Source: an uncultured Desulfatitalea sp. (GTDB lineage: Bacteria; Desulfobacterota; Desulfobacteria; Desulfobacterales; Desulfosarcinaceae). Taken from it: DNA of 64,000 bases. The notes below the pieces were generated by a model. That model saw only the letters and a list, made by a program, of their open reading frames with translations, ran no database searches and was not told where the DNA came from. Position 1 is the stretch's first letter. The number at the start of each line of letters is the position of its first letter. Shown here in pieces: positions 62,111 through 64,000 of the stretch. Position numbers and translations under genes: made by a program. The stretch spans positions 480,001 to 544,000 of the forward strand of contig CAXXMB010000001.1 of the NCBI GenBank assembly GCA_963668675.2, read 5' to 3'.

Positions 62111-62244
62111 TTGACGGTTTTGTAAAAGTAGAGAGTTTCATCTTTACGTCATTCCGGCGCAGGCCGGAACCCAGTCAGTTCAATGAATTCTGGATGTCGG
62201 ATCAAGTCCGGCATGACGGGTGGGAGGCTTTTTAAGAATGCATC
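62111..62244. repeat. MITE with palindromic core and GTAAAAG/CTTTTTA-type ends
   Basis: CGTCATTCCGGCGCAGGCCGGAA...CTGGATGTCGGATCAAGTCCGGCATGACG. Confidence 0.7.
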
Positions 62245-62525
62245 TGTTTTGACAACGACATCGACGTCACTTGTTGAAAGGGCCTCATCGCGTGCAATAG
62301 ATCCAAAAATACCTATTTCTAGTATGCCGTAGCGGTCTGATATATCTTTCTTATGTTTTCGCAGTAGCTGTAGTACTTTTTGTTGTCTAAGGTCGGGTTG
62401 TTTATGCATGACTCAACCTGTATGCTAATTGTAGTTTTGTTTGTGAGAATGATAAGGCACTAATATTTTTTGCTAAAGAAGACTTTTTATCTATCGAATG
62501 GTTTATGCTAGGCGAATGACATGTG

Positions 62526-62915
62526 TTAGGGCTCTCTTACCGGTATGGTCGAGTTTTTTTTGGCTGTTTTAATCAGACTTTTATCAAATGTAATGAAAGC
62601 TTCTGCTTTTTCTGATTGAGCCAAATGGATTGCATCGGCAAAATCCATTCCGTTTTGGTGCCATTCAAGAGCGTCGGCTATTACGGGTGGATTTTCCAAA
62701 TGGACATTTGGCAATCCAAATAGGGATTGGAAAGCGGTTGTGATTTGGGGCTGTTTGAAGTTATAGGCATATCGCAGGACCCATTCGCATTCGAGAACCA
62801 CGGATGCAGGAATGAAAATGGTATCAGTTGAAAATAAAGTTTTTGATCTCTCAAATTGCGATGGTTCATCGCCGGTTAGTAAACGAACAATTACGTTGGT
62901 GTCTACCGAGATCAT
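62526..62915 (-). CDS. vapC: VapC PIN-domain toxin
   Basis: VDTNV, E..WVL and DFADA motifs. Confidence 0.9.
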   Translation of the reverse strand: MISVDTNVIVRLLTGDEPSQFERSKTLFSTDTIFIPASVVLECEWVLRYAYNFKQPQITTAFQSLFGLPNVHLENPPVIADALEWHQNGMDFADAIHLAQSEKAEAFITFDKSLIKTAKKNSTIPVREP

Positions 62916-63166
62916 TATTTTCGCTCCAGAGCGCCCTTTTTTATAGCCTCGTTCATTTGGTCAATAGATATCGGTTTGCCTGAATATTTCAATATTCCGG
63001 CCACTTGATCGATTTCGGTGTTTTTGAAGGGGAGAGAAGGCTTCAACAGAATACCGTCACCCGTGTCAATAACGTTTAATTGTTGTCCTGTATTCCAATT
63101 GTATCTATTTCTAAATATTTTCGGTATAATAACTTGTCCTTTGCTGGACAATTTTGTCGTTTGCAT
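62915..63166 (-). CDS. AbrB/MazE-type antitoxin
   Basis: LSSKGQVIIPK..R; 1-nt overlap with vapC. Confidence 0.9.
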   Translation of the reverse strand: MQTTKLSSKGQVIIPKIFRNRYNWNTGQQLNVIDTGDGILLKPSLPFKNTEIDQVAGILKYSGKPISIDQMNEAIKKGALERK

Positions 63167-63486
63167 CGTAACCTCCGGCCAGAAAGTAAGACTTTAGTAG
63201 GATTTTAAGTGTCCGCCCAACAAAAGTCAAAGTAATTGTGCCCTGACCTTGGCTTTCTCAGGGTTGCGGCAAAGAACGCCACTCCCAGAAAAAAACAGAA
63301 AGACAACTAACCTTTGTCGTACCAATCCTCGACAGGTAAATTATCAATTTGGTTGAATTCTTTGTAACTGTCGAGAGCGCCAAATCGCTGGGACTTTTGC
63401 TTTTGATCCTATCGATCAGTTGCTGGTCTCCTCCCATCCAATAGCTGATGATGTTTGTATCAATCGGGTTATCGGGTTTGTTGAGC

Positions 63487-64000
63487 TTATTGTGTTGGTT
63501 CGGCTTTTATTTGGGTGAACCACTTGGGGCAGGTTTGGATGAAGTTTTTTTGGTGGGTTGGGTTGGTCATTCGGTGGTCGCCGTTTTTGTGGATGATGAG
63601 TTGTTTGGGTTGTTGGGCTTTGTCGTAGATGGTTTTGGCTTGGGATAGGGGGACGATTTCGTCTTGGTCGCCGTGCATGATTAGGATGTTGCTTATTTTG
63701 TGGAGTTTATTGGTGATGTCGAATGCGTAGGTTGGTGTTTCGTGTGTGGGGAGGGAGTTGCTGGTTTGGATCTCTTTGATGGTTTGTTTTTTGATGGCGC
63801 TGCTGGTGATGGGGGCGGCGTAGCTGGCGATGCGGGGGATGGGGTGATTGGCGGCGGTGGCGAGGATGACGGTGCCGCCGAAGCTGCTGCCGAACAGGCC
63901 GGCGAGTTTGCCGGTTCGGGGATGGCTTTGCATTGTTTGTATGGCGTGGTAAAGATCGCTGCAGCGGGTTTCCAGCAGGTGGTCGGTTTCGAATTGGCCT
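63487..64000 (-). CDS. Alpha/beta hydrolase (5' end beyond the window)
   Basis: GSSFGG, HGDQDE.VP and GDH motifs. Confidence 0.85.
   Translation of the reverse strand, partial: GQFETDHLLETRCSDLYHAIQTMQSHPRTGKLAGLFGSSFGGTVILATAANHPIPRIASYAAPITSSAIKKQTIKEIQTSNSLPTHETPTYAFDITNKLHKISNILIMHGDQDEIVPLSQAKTIYDKAQQPKQLIIHKNGDHRMTNPTHQKNFIQTCPKWFTQIKAEPTQ

Larger units (their letters stand above)
60285..62409 (-). pseudogene. MNT (MntA-like) / HEPN (HepT, DUF86) toxin-antitoxin pair, disrupted
   Basis: GIFGSIARDE....SDVDVVV truncated at a MITE; removing IS5 rejoins IRDVLSHNY|FNIDTEE (RX4H). Confidence 0.7.

Overview
The window is a capsular/exopolysaccharide (EPS) biosynthesis locus linked to a PEP-CTERM/exosortase protein-sorting system, probably from a sulfate-reducing deltaproteobacterium of Desulfobacterales/Desulfosarcina type (inferred from gene and repeat style). 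The left ~34 kb is an AT-rich variable cassette: glycosyltransferases, deacetylases, pyruvyl transferase, Wzy, Wzx, an FrhB-like protein and a beta-helix protein. It is heavily invaded by nested IS elements (IS1595, IS66, IS4, IS5, IS3, IS21, IS256 and ISNCY remnants) and a group II intron. The right part holds a carbamoyltransferase/SxtJ/SxtK-like module, an exosortase, a priming sugar transferase, four canonical PEP-CTERM proteins, sigma54 promoters, a GEMM-I riboswitch, rmlB/A/C, an IS1111-type IS110 element, and toxin-antitoxin modules. Five signals stand out: (1) an IS110 element sitting in a low-complexity 9-mer repeat, with candidate guide matches to both flanks and to its own circle junction; (2) two sigma54-driven mini-proteins sharing the C-terminus GLFGNRRFIK, one of them absent from the ORF track; (3) a group II intron whose EBS1 matches an IS66 terminal inverted repeat (TIR), inserted 1 nt from the IS end; (4) two different structured modules, each shared by unrelated IS families; (5) one palindromic core packaged in different IS-derived TIR shells. 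All assignments come from reading the sequence by eye; no database searches were run.
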